From contig JAZGDW010000303.1 in NCBI GenBank assembly GCA_036478295.1, positions 1-38,359 on the forward strand: 38,359 bases of DNA, given 5' to 3'. Of the stretch, positions 36,286-38,359 are shown piece after piece (within the stretch, counting starts at the first letter, position 1; each line of letters starts with the position of its first letter). The position numbers and the translations under genes were made by a program. This stretch comes from Candidatus Krumholzibacteriia bacterium (GTDB lineage Bacteria; Krumholzibacteriota; Krumholzibacteriia; WVZY01). Under the pieces are notes generated by a model that was not told the DNA's origin, made no database searches, and saw only the letters and a program-made list of their open reading frames with translations.

Positions 36286-37077
36286 CTACGACGCGAGGTC
36301 CTTTCGCCGAAACGCCGCTGCGGCAGTGGCCACGAGCGCGCCCGTTAGCCCCAAGAGAAGCACTACGTAACCCATTACAATTCCGTCCCCGAACGGCCCT
36401 GTCTTCGCGTAATAGTAGAACAGCGACAGTTTGACCCAGGGCTCGATGGATTGGGAAAGTGGCGCCAGGGTATACAGAAAATAGGACCCAACGAGCAAGG
36501 CCACGGAAGCCGTCGCCGCATGTCGCGTCCGGCCTGCCACGGAAGAGCCAACCAGAGCCACCGCTCCAAATACGAGTGCAATCGGAACGGCGTTGAACGT
36601 CGCCCATACCAGGCGGCCGATACTGGCGTCTGCACCCGTTGTCCGGACGGCCGCAGCGAGCCCAACGCTTATCAACCCGCACATCAATGTCAGTGCGACA
36701 GCGCTCGCGGCAAACTTTTCGAGAAGAACGCGCCCGCGCCGAACAGGGTTCGCCATCAAAAGGTCCATGGTTCGGCGCTCCTCTTCACCGACGATGGCGG
36801 CTGCGCCGTGCAGGATTACGAAGACGGACAGGAATATCGGCAGCCACGAGTCGAACAGCTTCAGGCGAAGAAACCCCTCGAGTGCGTTTGTCCCCGTCTG
36901 GTCGCCGATAAGTCTCTGAACGACACCGGGCAACATTTCGATCACGTCATGGAGATTGTCCTGAAAAGACGGAAATACGAGTACGATGGATCCGGCGAGG
37001 ACGGCCGTGCCCACTCCCCAACCGAGGATCTGCCCACGCATGTCTCGAATGCTTTTGAGAAACACGCTCGTCAGCAT
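36286..37077 (-). CDS. ABC-2 type transporter permease
   Basis: GEEERRTMDLLMANPVRR.RVLLEK, about 6 TM helices, FRRKDL C-terminus. Confidence 0.88.
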   Translation of the reverse strand: MLTSVFLKSIRDMRGQILGWGVGTAVLAGSIVLVFPSFQDNLHDVIEMLPGVVQRLIGDQTGTNALEGFLRLKLFDSWLPIFLSVFVILHGAAAIVGEEERRTMDLLMANPVRRGRVLLEKFAASAVALTLMCGLISVGLAAAVRTTGADASIGRLVWATFNAVPIALVFGAVALVGSSVAGRTRHAATASVALLVGSYFLYTLAPLSQSIEPWVKLSLFYYYAKTGPFGDGIVMGYVVLLLGLTGALVATAAAAFRRKDLAS

Positions 37078-37973
37078 TTGTCGTCATCTCCATATAGCGC
37101 GAGGAAAGTGTCCTCCAGGCTGGGTTCGTGGCTGACAAGATCGACAACATTGAAACGGGCAAGCGCCTTGATGACTGAATCAACGGAGCCCTGAACGGTG
37201 CACTGAAGACGACGGTCATTCAGGACCAAGTCACGGACGGGCAGGTTGGTGAAGCTGTCCGCCGGTGGCGGCGTCTCAAACGTGACCTCGATCTTTCGAG
37301 CCGCCTTGGCCTTGATCGCGGATACGTCCTCGACCGCTATCAATCGGCCCTCCCGAATAATGGCAACCCGATCGCACACCCGCTCGACTTCGGGCAAGAC
37401 ATGGGACGAAAAGAAAACCGTCTTTCCGTCGTCGCGGACTTCTTCGAGCATCCGGTAAAACTCCTGCTGCACGAGCGGGTCGAGTCCGGTCGTCGGCTCA
37501 TCGAGAATGAGCAATTCGGGCCGGTTCATCAACGCCTGGATCAAGCCGATCTTTTGTTTGTTACCGTGGGACAGCTCACTAATCCGCCGCCCGAGATCGC
37601 TGCCCAGCCGCTCGGCCAGCGCTGCCACGATCGTCTGGTCGACACCGCCGCGAAGCGCCCCAAAGTACTGCAGCAGCTGACTGCCGGTGAGGTCGTTGTA
37701 CATCGCAAACTCACCGGGCAGGTAGCCGATTCGCTTACGAATGGCTACGGTTTGCTGCTGGGCGTCCATCCCGAACACCGAGGCGCTGCCGCTGGACGGG
37801 CGGATCAAGTCGAGCAGGATCCGGATCGTCGTTGTCTTTCCCGCGCCGTTCGGTCCGAGAAACCCAAATATCTCGCCGGGCTTGATGTCGAGATTGAGAT
37901 CCGAAACACCCCGCGCTCGACCGTAGTATTTGGTCAGTCGCTCTGTTGACACTGTCGTGTCACTCATGATCAT
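37071..37973 (-). CDS. ABC transporter ATP-binding protein (drug-exporter type)
   Basis: Walker A GPNGAGKTT, signature LSHGNKQK, Walker B LILDEPT, SSH. Confidence 0.93.
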   Translation of the reverse strand: MIMSDTTVSTERLTKYYGRARGVSDLNLDIKPGEIFGFLGPNGAGKTTTIRILLDLIRPSSGSASVFGMDAQQQTVAIRKRIGYLPGEFAMYNDLTGSQLLQYFGALRGGVDQTIVAALAERLGSDLGRRISELSHGNKQKIGLIQALMNRPELLILDEPTTGLDPLVQQEFYRMLEEVRDDGKTVFFSSHVLPEVERVCDRVAIIREGRLIAVEDVSAIKAKAARKIEVTFETPPPADSFTNLPVRDLVLNDRRLQCTVQGSVDSVIKALARFNVVDLVSHEPSLEDTFLALYGDDDKC

Positions 37974-38234
37974 GATCAACTCACGTTTCTGACTAGGCCG
38001 CAAAATGAATTGCGAGGCCAAATGGGTGGACGCGCCGGTTCCCTAAGTGCCCGGGTCGGCTCGGCGCGGCCTCGATCTGTAAAGGGGTTGGAACATCTTA
38101 ATCTTATGAGATCTACCGACGAACAGAAGTTTTTGCTCAAAATGCTCTCCACGAACCTCACCAAAAACGGCGTATTGTTCGAGCAACGACCTAGGTGTCA
38201 ATTCTATCATGGGTGGACATAAGAAGTTATGAAG

Positions 38235-38283
38235 TGGTGCCCCCGACACGACTCGAACGTGCGACACGCGGTTTAGGAAACCG
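38235..38283 (-). pseudogene. 3' half of tRNA-Arg(CCT), likely an attachment-site duplicate
   Basis: Minus strand CGGTTTCCTAAACCGCGTGTCGCACGTTCGAGTCGTGTCGGGGGCACCA: anticodon loop CCT, T arm and CCA present; D arm and 5' acceptor strand absent. Confidence 0.82.
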
Positions 38284-38359
38284 AGTGAAGATGAAACGCC
38301 AAATGACTGATGTGAATGTAATTGCAGAAGCAGCTGTCGTCTACAAAGTTTTCCCACCG

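Overview
GC-rich bacterial chromosome segment from a diderm. Secreted proteins with a C-terminal YPNPFNP/FlgD-Ig domain and a 'TWGQVKALY' tail suggest an FCB-related candidate lineage such as Krumholzibacteriota, Latescibacterota or Eisenbacteria (inference). The left part (1.7-14 kb) is a + strand run: GAF-GGDEF cyclase, WbpA/TviB-like dehydrogenase, WbpP/TviC-like epimerase, GAF-PAS histidine kinase, sigma-54 response regulator, lptE, holA, thioredoxin, a cysteine-less TusA-like protein and leuS. It ends at a clear XerCD dif site (14069-14096), so this is probably the replication terminus. To the right are a PDZ/membrane/GAF/PP2C phosphatase, a structured 650-bp intergenic region and hemN-hemH-hemG. 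The rest is a patchwork accessory region: two paralogous GT-C glycosyltransferases, a heparinase II/III-like lyase, an ECF sigma/anti-sigma pair, OmpA-domain and LysM proteins, an ABC exporter, an IS-end remnant and two tRNA 3' fragments (att scars). The best novelty candidate is the 18.0-18.65 kb region. It holds a sigma-54 promoter before a 15-aa Trp-Trp micropeptide with a long hairpin, then a ~135-nt end-paired sRNA behind a strong promoter. Also notable are a 60-bp SSB-like cassette inserted in frame into a secreted protein, and a sigma-54/c-di-GMP/uronic-sugar operon whose kinase carries a four-Cys insert.
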